Below are positions 1-18,358 of a stretch of 64,000 nucleotides of DNA, piece after piece. The translations under genes were made by a program, and so were the position numbers. How positions within the stretch are numbered: position 1 is the stretch's first letter; the number at the start of each line of letters is the position of its first letter. The notes under the pieces are model-generated. The model was given only the letters and a program-made list of their open reading frames with translations, ran no database searches and was not told the origin of the DNA. Source of the stretch: Eledone cirrhosa (lineage: Eukaryota); assembly GCA_964016885.1 (NCBI GenBank), contig OZ024742.1:209374001-209438000 (forward strand), in the 5' to 3' direction.

Positions 1-253
1 TATTCATCCTCTTGTTAATTTCTTCTCTCTATCTCTCTCGTAATATTTTTTACCTTTATCCACTTATATTTTTTCTCTCTCTCTTTCTCCAGTGTCATTT
101 AAATAAACGGTTGTTTTTCAATTATTTACATATTCATTTACATATTCACACATAAGTTTGAATAATCCCTAATAAATTTCCACTATCCAGTGAATTTCCA
201 ACCGATAGGGTATGATTTTCATGGGTATGTCTCTATATATAAAACAAACTTTG

Positions 254-318
254 TATTTTATCTGATGAAAGCGTACCAATGTTGTATTGGTTACCCTTGA
301 AATATATATAATAAAATA
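254..318 (+). ncRNA. Minimal type-I hammerhead ribozyme in a PLE pseudo-LTR remnant (same family as 53333-53782)
   Basis: Stem I tattttat/ataaaata; CTGATGA at 262; stem II aag..accaat/attggt..ctt; GAAA followed by palindromic tatata stem III and TA. Confidence 0.75.
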
Positions 319-374
319 AATATGGTTTATAAATATAGTTTCCATTTATTTATTATCATTGTATGTATATATAT

Positions 375-577
375 ATATTTATATTTAATATGGAAGAGCT
401 TCTACATGATTGAAGTGTTTCATTCGTGAGAAATCATCAGGAGCTTCCTGATGATTTCTCACGAATGAAATAGTTCTAGTCCTTAGAAGCTCTTCTATAT
501 TAAAACATTTATACTCTGCTATGTATTGAGTACATTACTTACTGTGTTTACCTCCGATTCAACCCGGAATAACTCAT
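375..577 (+). mobile_element. Fold-back mini-element with head-to-head hammerhead-like cores, between (TA)n tracts
   Basis: Palindrome tttcattcgtgagaaatcatcagg|agctt|cctgatgatttctcacgaatgaaa; stem I gagcttc(441)/gaagctc(486); stem III of the + arm is degenerate. Confidence 0.6.
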
Positions 578-586
578 ATATATATA

Positions 587-5322
<4,736 letters not shown>

Positions 5323-5327
5323 TATAT

Positions 5328-5870
5328 ATGGTCGGGTTGTTGGCGACTAAACTGGCAACCCCACCTAGGTTTCTTGGTGAGGAAGGTGACTTTGGACATC
5401 CTGCAGGAATAAAAACAAAACCTGTCAAAGGGCAAAGGAGCTCTTAAGAATCAATGGCCATCCAAAATCACCGGGAGAGATGACCCCTTAGCCTTTGTCA
5501 AGGCAGAATTCTAGGAGAAGGAAAACTCTGATATAACACCTGAAAACCTGACGGTATCCAATGATGTTGACTTGTTCTTCTTTTTGGTAAATATCAACTT
5601 GGTTAAGAGAGTGGGACTGGCTTTGTGCAGTGCCTTTGCTCACTATAAATGCTTCGCGGCACAGGCATTGCTTTATATCTGGAGATCTCTCTGCACTAGT
5701 CACATGGTACCATGGGCCTAGCACTATATGTCAATAATTGTCACAAGTGTAGTGTTTGTACCAGAGTTTTCAAGTCGCTGGCTGGACTAAGAAGTCACAC
5801 TCGTTCAGCGCATCGGTGGGTGTTCTCCCACATAAAGTAGTGGCCGTACTCGAAAACGAGTTGACAGCCA

Positions 5871-5872
<2 letters not shown>
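5328..5872 (+). mobile_element. Non-autonomous bipartite RTE-like element, 5'-truncated
   Basis: Homologous to 47880-48487 and 48872-49440; 3' part encodes an RTE-type terminal zinc finger ([22 protein letters not shown]); ends gccacc then (AT)n. Confidence 0.65.
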
Positions 5873-5907
<35 letters not shown>

Positions 5908-6584
5908 AAAAGTAACGAAGATCGCTGTTATATAATTTCAGCGTCCTTCGGCCAGCGTCTAGCTCACTCAATGAATCTGGCGAATTGCAGTTATGCAGCA
6001 GCAATCAACTGTTCAGAGTGCACACATTTAGTTTACTGTAGACAGTCGGCTGTGATATTAGTTAGAGATAGATATAAGTATTTGTTTCCGGACGATCAAA
6101 TACAGATTTTACTTTGCAATGTTCAGAATATCACGCGAAATCAGCGTATATTTACGCAACCGGGCTATTGCACGTCTTCTGCAGGATTACCCTATAATGT
6201 TGTGCAGTGTGAGTCAGCCCTCACTACTGGATCCAGCAGTTCATAGCATTCTCTCACTCCGCCTCTAATGAAAAGAGGAAGGAGTTTCTCGCAGATCATA
6301 ACACATGATTTTGGTAGCCTGAATTCGAGCAAAGGAATTCGCGCCAAAAACTAAGAACTCAACCGGCTTAATGCATACGTGCATACATAAATAATGAGGT
6401 TCATGCATATATACATATATATACAAGCTGATAAAAATCTGATTTGTGATACAAAGTCAAATATCCAGCATTCAAAATTTAAGGAAATATACACAACAAA
6501 TATATATATGATAGAATTATGTGTCTCAACAACAAACTTTTGACCAATCCTTGTGACAATCACTTTTACCATATATGGAATATT

Positions 6585-6680
6585 ACCCCCTGAGACGCTC
6601 GGCTATTCATTTACCAGGATAAAAATGTTCATTTAGTCCAGAATTAGCCGTCGAAACGGCTTGAGCTCAGCCGTCGGGGT
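6585..6680 (+). ncRNA. Type-I hammerhead with long stem II (core lacks one base: CTGA-GA)
   Basis: Stem I acccc/ggggt; stem II cggcta/tagccg; GAA-ACGGC-ttgagctca-GCCGT-C gives a GUC site at 6673-6675; followed by (TA)n. Confidence 0.65.
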
Positions 6681-6690
6681 CCTACTCGTT

Positions 6691-6798
<108 letters not shown>

Positions 6799-6893
6799 TA
6801 CATACACATGTATATGTATATATATATAAAACAAAATAAGTCTGTCAAATATGTAAAATTTGGCTTCGTTTATTTATTATAAATTATAAATTT

Positions 6894-6948
6894 ACTGCTA
6901 TATATATTTCAGTGTCAGCTATTACTGGCTGTGACCTCTTCAGGCAGT
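6894..6948 (-). ncRNA. Minimal type-I hammerhead ribozyme
   Basis: Minus strand reads actgc CTGAAGA ggtcacagccagtaatagctgacact GAAA tatatata gcagt. Confidence 0.8.
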
Positions 6949-7182
6949 CCAAATTGGTATGGAAAAGACAGGTACACGTGTTGTTGAAGTGTGTTTCACT
7001 CTGTCAATACATCGATATGTCCAGCTCCAGGGTGTGTTGTTAGTCCCCCGAGGAACTTGAATTATATGTTTCCAGTTCCTCGGAGGATTAACAACACACC
7101 CATGAGCTGGACATAACGATTTATTGACAGAGTGAAACACACATCAACAACATGTGTACCAGTCTTTTCCACACTAATTTGG

Positions 7183-7237
7183 ACTGCCTGAAGAAGTCAC
7201 AGCCAATAATAGCTGTCACCGAAATATTTATAGCAGT
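7183..7237 (+). ncRNA. Minimal type-I hammerhead ribozyme
   Basis: actgc CTGAAGA agtcacagccaataatagctgtcacc GAAA tatttata gcagt. Confidence 0.75.
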
Positions 7238-7414
7238 AAATTTATAATTATTAATAAATGAAGCCAAATTTCACATATTTGACTTACTTATTTTATTTTA
7301 CATTACTCCGGAGTAAACAAACGAACCTGCGTACTTTGTCGAGTGTTCCAATCTGCATACTGAGGTGTCGGTAAATAGCCAACATATACTCACTATATAT
7401 ATATATATATATAA

Positions 7415-9545
7415 TTCGTTTTTGAATTTATTTTGCGAAATTTCTTATCTGAAAACGTGTGTTGAAAAAAATATTGTTATACTTTGGGAGGGTCATGTTG
7501 CCAATACAAACGCATGCATCTATTGATTTTCACTTCAATTTATTATACATTTCCGTTTGGTTTGCTGGTGGGTTCGGTAACCGGAAGGTTGTTTATATAC
7601 TGTCAAAGCTCTTTCGTCACACATTCTGTGACCTCCTCAGTGACTCAGTTTTTATCTTGTGTGTCTTTCTTTTGTTCTGTCCTACACCATCTTGTTTTTT
7701 GTGTTTTGTGTGTTGTGTGCTTAGTTTGCGCATGCTTTACATCCGGGTGGGTGGGTGTTTTTATTTATTTATGTGTTTATTTATTTGTCACTAGTTGGTA
7801 GTTTGTTCTATCTGTGTGTGTCCGATTTGTTTTGTTAGTTTGGTTTTGTCGCTTAAGGAACATATGTTCAAATTTAATGGCAAAACATATGCCCAAGAGG
7901 AGGAGGCAGCCATTGGCGTTAGCGTTGCAGGTGACATAACTAACCTCTTTATGGTGTGGTGGACAGAAAACTTAAAGGGCAATTACACGACAATTGTATA
8001 ACCCTGACTATGTACTCCAGCTACGTAGATGACATAAACATATAGTAAAAACATCCCCACAGGAGAACAGTCAGGAATTAAAGAAGAACACCATGGAAAG
8101 CATCCAGCAAATAGCTAATTCCATCCACCAGAGTTTTAAAGTTACAACAGACTACCAAATAAACACCCCAACCATACATTACCCGTACTAGACACAGAAC
8201 TCTGGTTGGAAACTATTAGTAACAGAACGCAAATCCTCCATTCGCATTAGGTCAAACCCATGACCTCCAAATACCTGATCCACCGAAACTCAGCTTTTTC
8301 GAATCACATAAAAATCAATATACTGATTGCGGACTTAGTAACAGTTATGAGGAACGTGTCCCGCGTGTGCAACCCCAAATAATTAAAGAGACACATACAA
8401 CACTTCATGCAGTTCTCTGGTTACAAGCAGAGAGACAAAATCAGGGTATATAAAGAAGCTAGAACCAAATGGGCAAAGATTGTAGAAAATGATACAAATA
8501 GAACTTGCCCCATGTATAGGAGCAAATTTGGGAAGAGAATAGAAAGGATTAGGAATAAGGCAAATGAAATAAACTCATGGTATGATAGCAATAAATACTA
8601 TAGCGTAATGTTCATCAATACAACCCCTTGAGGTGAACTAGCTTATAGATTTAGAAGGGCCCTAGACAAGCTCAAATTAAATATTAAGATAGTTGAAAGA
8701 CCAGGTATTCCCATAAAAACCCTAATTAGCAAAACATAGCCATTTCAAAGATCCCCTGTGGTGATAGGAAATGCATAGTCTGCAAACTGAACCCGCAAAT
8801 TAACTGCAATACTAGGAACGTAGTATATAGTATAAAATGTACTGAGGGACAGTGTACGAATTAGAATATAACATACATAGATGAAACAACCCATAGCATA
8901 GGAGAAAGGATAAGTGAACATTGGCGAGAACTCCAGGATGGGAAAAAATCATCAGTTCTCCACCAACATACCAAAATAGAACATAGGGGCACATTAGAGA
9001 ACATAGAAATAAAATTATATCCACACACAGAAAATGCAATGCTCAGGCAAATCACAGATACAACAAATATAAACGAACTCAAACCCAAATTAAACAGAAA
9101 ACATGAGTAGAATAGCAACATCACAACTAGTAATTAAGGACAAAATGAAGACATACAGACACACACAAAAACTAAACTAATAAAACAACTCAAACACACA
9201 GATAGAACAAACAACCAACTACTGACAAGTAAATAAACACATAAATAAATAAATAAAAAGACACATACACGGATGTAATGCATGCGCAAACTAAGCACAC
9301 AACACACAACACACAAAAACAAAATGGTGTAGGACAGAACAAAGGAGAGAGACACAAAATAAAAACTAAGTCACTGAGGTAGTCACAGAATGTATGACGA
9401 AAGAACTTTGACAATATATAAACAACCTTCCGGTTATCGAACCAACCAACCAACCAACCGGAAATTTATAATAAATTGAAGTGAAATTCAACAGGTGTGT
9501 GTGTTTTCATTGGCAGCATGATCCTCCCAAATTAAAACAATATAT
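7415..9545 (+). mobile_element. Degenerate 5'-truncated PLE with inverted pseudo-LTRs (~7470-7850 / ~9120-9545)
   Basis: RT fragments FKFNGKTY.Q...AIG and LPVLDTEL; GIY-like C.TRNVVY.IKC near 8800; arms are reverse complements. Confidence 0.8.
7602..7644 (-). ncRNA. Minimal hammerhead in pseudo-LTR (mutated copy at 9370-9412, + strand)
   Basis: gtca CTGAGGA g-gtcaca gaatg tgtgac GAAA gagctt tgac; stem III is weak. Confidence 0.55.
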
Positions 9546-9557
9546 ATATTTATATAT

Positions 9558-10157
9558 GTAAGCTATCGCCGTATTTTGACTAAAGAAATTATTAAGCCTG
9601 ATAGCGGGGTTAAAAACCCTCGGAGAAATGGAAAAAGATGAATATTGACGTGCATGGGAGTCGAACCCACATCTTTGGTTATCCGGACCACTGTGCTACC
9701 ATTTACACCAGAACATCACCCGTCTTTTTACATTCAAATTAGAAGCTATAAACTAAGCGACTCTAATGTTAAGTAAGAATATTTTCGAAATAGCGAGCTG
9801 ATTTGAAATTATTAGAAATGTTAGCTATCGCCGTATTTTGACTAAAGAAATTAAAGAAATTATTTAGTCTGATAGTGGGGTTAAGAACCCTCGGAGAAAT
9901 GGAAAAAGATGAGTATTGACGTACATAATTTCAAATAATTTCACGTATTGACGTACATAATTTCAAATAATTTCACGTATTGACGTACATAATTTCAAAT
10001 CAACTTGCTGTTTCGAAAATATTCTTACTTGACATTACAGTCGCTAAGTTTATCAGGCTAAATAATTTGTTTAATTTCTTTAGTCAAAATACGGCGATAG
10101 CTTACATTTCTAATAACTTCAAATCAACCCGCTGTTTCTAAAATATTCTTACTTGAT
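9558..10157. mobile_element. (TA)n-embedded element with direct (~265-bp period) and inverted repeats around a tRNA-like unit
   Basis: agctatcgccgtattttgactaaag at ~9561 and ~9823, inverted at ~10078-10102; 32-bp tandem at 9913-10000. Confidence 0.65.
9646..9717 (-). ncRNA. tRNA-like Pol III unit (72 nt), probably a pseudo-tRNA
   Basis: A box TGGTGTAAATGGTAG, B box GGTTCGACTCC, T arm gtggg/cccat, acceptor 6 of 7 pairs, TTTTT ~10 nt downstream; anticodon loop CCGGATA lacks U33. Confidence 0.6.
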
Positions 10158-10158
10158 T

Positions 10159-10191
<33 letters not shown>

Positions 10192-10949
10192 AGATAGATA
10201 GATAGATAGACAGACAGACATAAATATAGATATATATATATAGTAGAGACGAAGATATAGAGAGAGAGCAGGAGATACATACAATGATAGAGACAGACAG
10301 AAAAAAGAGTTAACAAAAAAAATATATGCGTATCTTATATCATGTGCAATAGCTATGAATTATATAATCCCAGACCGCACTTTTATCCGGTCGTTCGACT
10401 ATACAATTTAGCAGGCTGGGAGATAATAACTATGAAATTTTAGTGCTATTACTTTTCAGTCTTCTTAAGCATATGTAATCCTTGGTTCCTTTGAGCGAAA
10501 CTGTGGTGTATTTAGGCTGCGCATGCTTTATATACGGGTATTTGTGTGATTTTGTGCCTATGTTTTATTTATTTTTTAATAAATCCTTAAACAAATAAAC
10601 ACGCACACAAACCCGGATATAACTCATACACAACGCAAGCACACATCTCACAAACACAGAGTTTGTGTAAGACAGAACAAAGGAGAGACACAAAATAACA
10701 ACAAACGTAGTTTGTAAACCAATACTGATTTGAGAATCTGTGAGCTCATTTTTTTTATGACTTAAGACCCTTTCAAGATTGCTACATTATAGATAGCAAT
10801 TGGAAAGTCACTCCTGTCAAATTTGAACATTTACTTACTCTAAATTGTTAGTTTCCATGTATAAATAATATACTATAGTTATTTCAACAAAAAGAATGGT
10901 AAATACAAAACCAAACAAAATAACATTTGTTTGCAAAAAAACTACGAAT

Positions 10950-11380
10950 GTCATCATCATCATTCGTCGACTACTGTCGAGATGACGGATCTCACTCTCA
11001 TGCCCCAGAATTCCCTGTCCCCCATCGCTGCCCCCAGGTCCTGTCTACTGATTCCCGTATCCCTAGAGATAACGTCAAGGAATGACAGCTTCCTACTCCT
11101 AGTCAGGCTGGAGTCAGGGTTCCAGAGCAAGAGAGCGGATATGATTTCATTGCTGGCACGGTCACAGTGGCCAGCAAATTGAGCTCTCCGGGATTTTAGA
11201 AGGGCAGAGGCTCGAGGGAGTTTGCTATAGATTTTAGACAAGGTGGGATATCGTTTCCAGGATAGGTTTTGCACTCTCATTAAGAGGCTGGTATATGTGC
11301 CATCCAATCTCCTCTCAAGTTGTGATGTTAGTGTCCAAGTTTCGGATTCATAAAGTAATATGGGCTTAATGGTTGCGGAC
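10950..11380 (-). mobile_element. RTE/RTE-X LINE 3' fragment with (ATG)n tail
   Basis: PILLYESETWTLT, LDGTYTSLL.RVQN.SW, RR.QFAGHC.R. Confidence 0.75.
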
Positions 11381-12504
11381 TATTTTAATGATCGAAAAGT
11401 ATATGCAAGAACATTCAAAACACCTGTTCTGTAAACAAGAGAGAGGAGTCGTATGAGTAGAAACGACATTTGTAAACTAACCTGACTGAATCGTTATTTA
11501 AAAGACAAGCTTTAATTTAATTATACATATATACTAATTGGAAAGGCTTATAGTCCTAATTACAGACACGTACATCTGATATATCCCATTAATCACACAT
11601 TGTAATCACTAGACTTCATCGACTGAATGAAAAACTTAACTTTCCCTTCTCTAATAACGTATCAAATTCGTTTTTCGCTTTATGTAATTTCATTTTAAGT
11701 GATGAGATCAAATCTATGCTGAGTGATTCGTTCTCTGTGTGAGTAGGTGCAGACACTATTTTATAATCAACACTACCGACTAAATCGATAAGAGAATTGA
11801 TAAAGCAAAGCAAACTAATTCAATATTCGGCAACTTAACTAAACTGCTACGACTTTCGGAAATATTCGTTTATTTCAACTGTCTTGTTGATTTGAATAGA
11901 CCATTATCGTCCACTTTCTTCTTTTAAGTCAGGTAGATGGAGATGTACTGAACAACGCACGCAAAACCTTCTTGATGAGTTAAAATTGTATTTTAGTTGG
12001 AAAGAGAAAACTAAATCTAACTTGAATTTGTAGAAGTTAAAGAACAATAATTAAAAATTAGCTTTACAGACAATTGAATTTTCATGTTTAAGGGGAAATC
12101 TTATCTTTATTAGAAGATACGTTGAGAGACATATTTCAGTTCTATTAGATTGCTATAGCATTGCATGGTCTATGTAAAGCTGTTTTGATTAGCAGGAGAA
12201 AAAGAGGTAAGGGAAAATGTTTATCAGTATAATTTACATAAATACAAAAATAGTGTGTTGAGGACAATAATTCATGTGAGGTAACGGTGTAAATTTAGAT
12301 TATTCACTTACGCAAACAAATGGTAATAAATTTAAATTTGCCTCTTAGTTGCAGAAAAAAGTACAACGAACCTAGAGTTAATTGTTAGTGACTCTCAAAA
12401 TAATAAGTGAAATAATTTCAAGGAAAAAGAATCAATTGTATGTGAAAACAAAAACAGTAAAATGTACGTATATGTTTAAATGAAAGACTGTCTATGGGAA
12501 TGTA

Positions 12505-13167
<663 letters not shown>

Positions 13168-13168
<1 letters not shown>

Positions 13169-13548
13169 TTGTATGTAGTATGGTTGCTAGGGTGCGTCCA
13201 TGGGCGGTATGCCGCTTGAGCACTCTATGCTCCTTGGGAGCAGAGTATGATAGTATGGAAAACGAAGAATCAGTGATGCATCAGAACACAATTTATTACG
13301 TATTACAATTGTTTCTCCAGCGAAAAGCTCGAGGTGCTATCTATTTGCGGATCGAACCTGACTCTCGATACGAAAGTTCCTCAGATACATCTAGTGATTT
13401 CGAAGCAAATTCTCTTTCAGGAACTTGCGAATTCAGAGTCAGGTTCGATCCACAAACAGATCACACCTCGAGGTGTTCTCTGGAGAAACAATTGTAATAC
13501 GTAATAAATTGTGTTCCGATGCATCACTGATTCTTCGTTTTCCATATT
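13168..13548 (-). mobile_element. Fold-back element (arms ~13255-13381 / 13420-13548) with tail on the left; hammerhead at 13298-13390 (-)
   Basis: Minus strand: atgtat CTGAGGA ...long stem II... GAA-ACAATTGT-A atacgt; second copy at 20941-21250. Confidence 0.75.
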
Positions 13549-13632
13549 ATATATATATATATATATATATACATATATATATTATATAGATATAATTATA
13601 TCGTGCAGAACCTCTTTCGCTCTCTCTCTCTG

Positions 13633-13696
<64 letters not shown>

Positions 13697-14179
13697 CAGA
13701 GAGAGAGCGAGAGAGATTCTGCACGATATATTTTTAAATCATGTATCTAATAAACAGCATCATAAGCCTATTCTGTTTTGTTTGTTTTTTTACGTTCCAA
13801 TGATTGGTAATGGGTTAACACTCTGAACGTAATTTTGTATGAAATTAAACGTATAATCCAAAGATTAGCACAAGCCTTCATGCATATGGAGAGAATTATA
13901 GTCCTTTAAATCTACCACATTATTTGATTCCTATACTAACTAGTTGACCTCAGCGAAATTTGAAGTGAAATAATAAAAGAAAAACGCTAATTAACTATTT
14001 CAACCCACTTGGACTGCCATTCTAGAGCCATAATAATTCTAACAACATCGTCAGTACTAACTACACTAGCACTAACATCAGTAGAATATTGAGGATGGAA
14101 ATGCCACCAATTTCAATAACAGCTGTAACAAAAATACAACGAGATAAACAGTGTCATTAAAAGTAAAAACAACACCAAA

Positions 14180-14420
14180 AAATACGATCACCAATACAAG
14201 CGGTCGAAATACGTAGCTCGGAGATCGGAGTTACGCTAGTTAGAGCCGCTACTTCTCCGAATTGAGACATCACTGCTCCGATATTATGGGCATTTGGTTT
14301 GAATGTCTCAGGTAAAAATTGCTGGACAGATTTTACGGGCAAAACTACCGGCAGGAGACCTAGGGTAGATTCAGAGCAAGCTGGTTGGATAACATCTATG
14401 ACCCTGGCTGGTCTTAAGAA

Positions 14421-14455
<35 letters not shown>

Positions 14456-14530
14456 AGAAGAAGAAGAAGAAGAAGAAGAAGAAGAAGAAGAAGAAGAAGA
14501 AGAAGAAGAAGAAGAAGAAGAAGAAGAAGA
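14180..14530 (+). mobile_element. RTE LINE 3' remnant ending in (GAA)n
   Basis: PLLLRIETSLLRYYGHL and GRRPR-like remnants directly followed by a long (AAG)n tract. Confidence 0.6.
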
Positions 14531-17500
14531 TCAACAACAGCAACAACAATAACAACAACTGTGACAAAAAGAAAACAAGATAAGCTGCCATTAAAAGTAA
14601 CAACAGTACCAATATTTGCAACGACAAGAACAATACAGTGGAACGATATCACGAATTAGAATCAAGAGGAACATCAACAATGAAACCAACCACCAGTATA
14701 CGCTGATGACACATATCGTACACGATCGTTCGGCCTGTTAGCAACAGCAGCCAAATATCCCTCAAATCACAAGATACTCCTAGTTATACGAAAAATGGAA
14801 CGGTCGCTATTGGGACACCTTTATTCATAAATATGCTAAGATCGACCTTTCTCTAAACAATAGATGTAAATGTCAACAATATAAATATGAGTAATACTAG
14901 AGACACCACCAACAAGAAGACCAGCAGCGGTAATAATAGTTGCAAGAACAGCAGGGAATTGAAAAAGAGTAACGTCGATAACAACAGCAATTCCAAGAAA
15001 ACTACCTCATTTTAGCGAAGCATTCGCTCCTAGATTTAACATTAGCTTGAATTCAGTTAAAACCATGTACCCTTTACCAAGTATTTCAGCAAGTCTCAAA
15101 GTTAATCGTGCTAACAGAGGACAAAATCGTTCGATAAGAAGGAAAATAACCGCGAGAAGTGTCAATATTAAGACGAGAGAGGGAAAAACCCTACATTACA
15201 GATAGGATATATATAGGCCATGGAAAACGGTATCGTAACGTGAGGAAGAGACCGAAAGTACTCCACCGTTCTCGTGTACCAGGGGAATATGTTTTAATTT
15301 CATTATGTATACTGGGATAATCACTGTACTAAAGAGACCATTTACTATTAAGTAAATGGATAATGCTTTCCCTTTTTGATGAGTTCAAATTTTGATCTTC
15401 ACCCTAAGATAGCAAAATAACAACCAAATCTCCACCAAATAACTTCTCACTGAGAACACATAGTTTAATGTGGTTTTAAGTGCATTGTGTATAAGGAAAA
15501 GATGGAATTATAATGTCTGAAATAATTTTGATCGTGGCTCTACTCAACCATGTTTCACCTCGAGGTCAGCATCAATAACAACTACAGCTGGTCAAGTACG
15601 TCCTCAGAGCTGCAGGCTATGCTTCACTAATTTAAGACTATAAAGTTCATGATTATGAAGATAGGAAGAAGGCAATGACTACGATTACACCGGAAACGAA
15701 GAGGTTATATTGCGGGTGTTGTATAGAGGTGATATAATCGGGTGAGAGGGAGGTAGTCTTAGAGAATATATGTTGCTTAATTGCAAAAGTCAGGCAGATA
15801 CGTGCGTGGTTAGATAGATAGGTATATAAACAAGTAGGTATATATGTAAAAAAAAATCCTTCGTCATTAATAAAATACTGTCTTCAATGTCTCTAAAAGG
15901 AAATGTAGGATAATTTTATTCTGGGCAGAAGAAATATATCGAAATATATTGTTGCAGCTAGATTGCTTTGTAATTCAGATACCCCTTAGATCTAGCTACA
16001 TGGAAAGGATAATAGATGTTTATCAAATTTTGCACATATTTTAATATTCATCAAATGATGACAAGTAGTGAATTACATATCAAAAGTCAGCCAGGATACA
16101 CTTATTGCATTTGTTAAGAATTAATAAAAGAATCGAATGATTTACATCTTATTATTATGAATAGAGAATGTAAACTAGTTATTTAGGAAGTCTTTCAAGT
16201 TTACACTAGACAACAAGATGAAAAGGCCTTTGTACAGACTAATTAACTACGATTGTTTCAAAATAAATGGGATTAATTGAAATTATATTCATTTTATGGA
16301 AAGTATATTTAAATTCTAAACAATATATATTTCATAGTCATAATTACTAATGAAATTTAATAATTTACGTAGTTGAATATACATAAATACCATTTGATTA
16401 GATCGATAAAATAAAATACCAGTCAAGTACTGTAGTCGAATTTATTTACTAATTCTTTAATTTGTTTCAACCATCTATTTTGTTCGTATTGTTTGATTCA
16501 AGCAACACACCTCTGCCATTTAGCAGTAGCTGCCACGCGACGTTGTTTCAATACTACATCTAATCCTTTTATTCGTTACACAAGCTCCAGTTTTGATGTG
16601 ATCCTTTTCATCTCCACTTTTCATTGTTTGTTTTTCCCAAATTAGTTGTTCTTTAGTTGTTCTGGATCATAATAGGTTTTTTTATAACCTACTAATTCTG
16701 CTACTACATTTGCAGCAGAATGTAGAAGGATGTTTGTCTGTGCGATACTGTTTCAAATATTTCAATTACTATTGTTAGTTGCCTATTTTTTCGATGGGAT
16801 CGGTACGTTGATAAATAAACGATGGTCTAAATATTTCATATAGTTGCGATTTCCAGTTAGAAATACTTTTCTTTTAATTACATCACGAACGTCCTTGATA
16901 AAATCCTAAAACATCGATCATATTATTTCATCTAAAATATCTAAAGAATGTTGGCAGAAACGGTTCAGAATTGGACTAAATAAATACATTATTTTAAATC
17001 TCACCGACGTTACCTTTCACGTTCTGCATATGTTTATATACAAGTAGAATACTTCTTTCTGGATCTGGCGGGTTCCTTTCGTTACTGATTTTTCTGGAAT
17101 TAAACATTCACAATAGAAGTCATTTTGTTTCAGGGGGGTAGTTTCATTTAACTGAAGCTTTCCCACAAGCCATATGCCACAGATATATAAGTTATGCTCC
17201 AGTTGTAGCACAAACACTATGTATGAACTGAGCAGCCATTTGCGGCCGAAATATTCTCTGACATAAAAAGGAAGAAAGAATATATATTATGTACAATATA
17301 TATTATGTGCATGATACCTGTATGCAGTGCAACCTTTCGAAGCTGATGCTACATTTTTCATCGTAAGCAGATATAACAGAGCGAAATTGCTTTGATCCAC
17401 GCTTTAAGAACCAGCTGCACTGGCAAAACGCTTTAGTAAATTCCATCCATAGCATTGGGGATTCCAACTTTTTATAAAGAGGTACTGTTTCCTATCTATC

Positions 17501-18325
17501 TGGTCATATATTGATAAAAACGCATGTCAATGAAAATTCAAGTTTTTTACTTCATTTTCTCACACGATTCGGATTATCTATGGAAGCTATATATGAGGTA
17601 AACATTAAAAGTATTAAGGGCGGTGCCCCAACATGGCCTGAGCCGGGTGGCTGGAACAGGTAAAAGAGTAAAAGATTAAATACTCCTAAACCTACAGCAA
17701 GTGGTTATGAAAGATATAGATGCAAAAGAAGAATGATTCCTGGCATAAAAGTATGTATGTTTTAAAAAAAAGCATTTTATTTTCTTTCAATTTTCTTTTT
17801 CTTTCAATAGAGCTTAAATTATTAATGATTATTTTATAAGTGGGGCTGCATTTTATAGGATATACACATATATATGAGGGATTTCATTTTATAAGATATT
17901 TTCTAATAATCCTGAGAAAATATTGGGTTTTTCTTCCGAAAAAATAACACAAACAGCAATGAAAATCAAAATAAATTGTTTCAATAAACAGACAAGAAAA
18001 TATTTATTCGTTTAAATAAATTTCGTCTAAATAAATTTGTTAACTTCTGAAATCACATGAACAACTAAAAGAGAAGTAAGATAAATCTAAATTGCTATCT
18101 TTTTAAATATAAATCTTATTTGGTTATATGTGAAATAAATATCAGTCTATTGAAACCAATTTGAATGTCTCCTCTCCTCTAATATAGCTAATATGTAATG
18201 TGCATTAAATACACTTACTATGTTCCAATATATTATTCCTCTGAAATTAAACCGATAATTCTATTAATATTAAAATATGGGTATTTGGCAATATCTTCCG
18301 TTAATATAGAGATTGAAAAAAAGAA

Positions 18326-18358
<33 letters not shown>

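Larger units (their letters stand above)
6829..7393 (+). mobile_element. Fold-back non-coding element: ~230-bp inverted arms (6829-7060 / 7073-7300) plus a unique 3' tail, in (TA)n
   Basis: Arms are reverse complements and each contains a complete hammerhead. Confidence 0.85.

Noticed and set aside
9595-9632. ctgatag-cggggtt/aaccctcg-gagaaa as a hammerhead
   Set aside because: Core is CTGATAG rather than CTGANGA, and stems I and III do not form
9646-9717. Functional tRNA-Ser(GGA) gene
   Set aside because: No U33, no long variable arm, an acceptor mismatch, and located inside a repeat
9913-10000. 32-bp repeats resembling a CRISPR array
   Set aside because: Contiguous tandem units with no spacers, no cas genes, eukaryotic context
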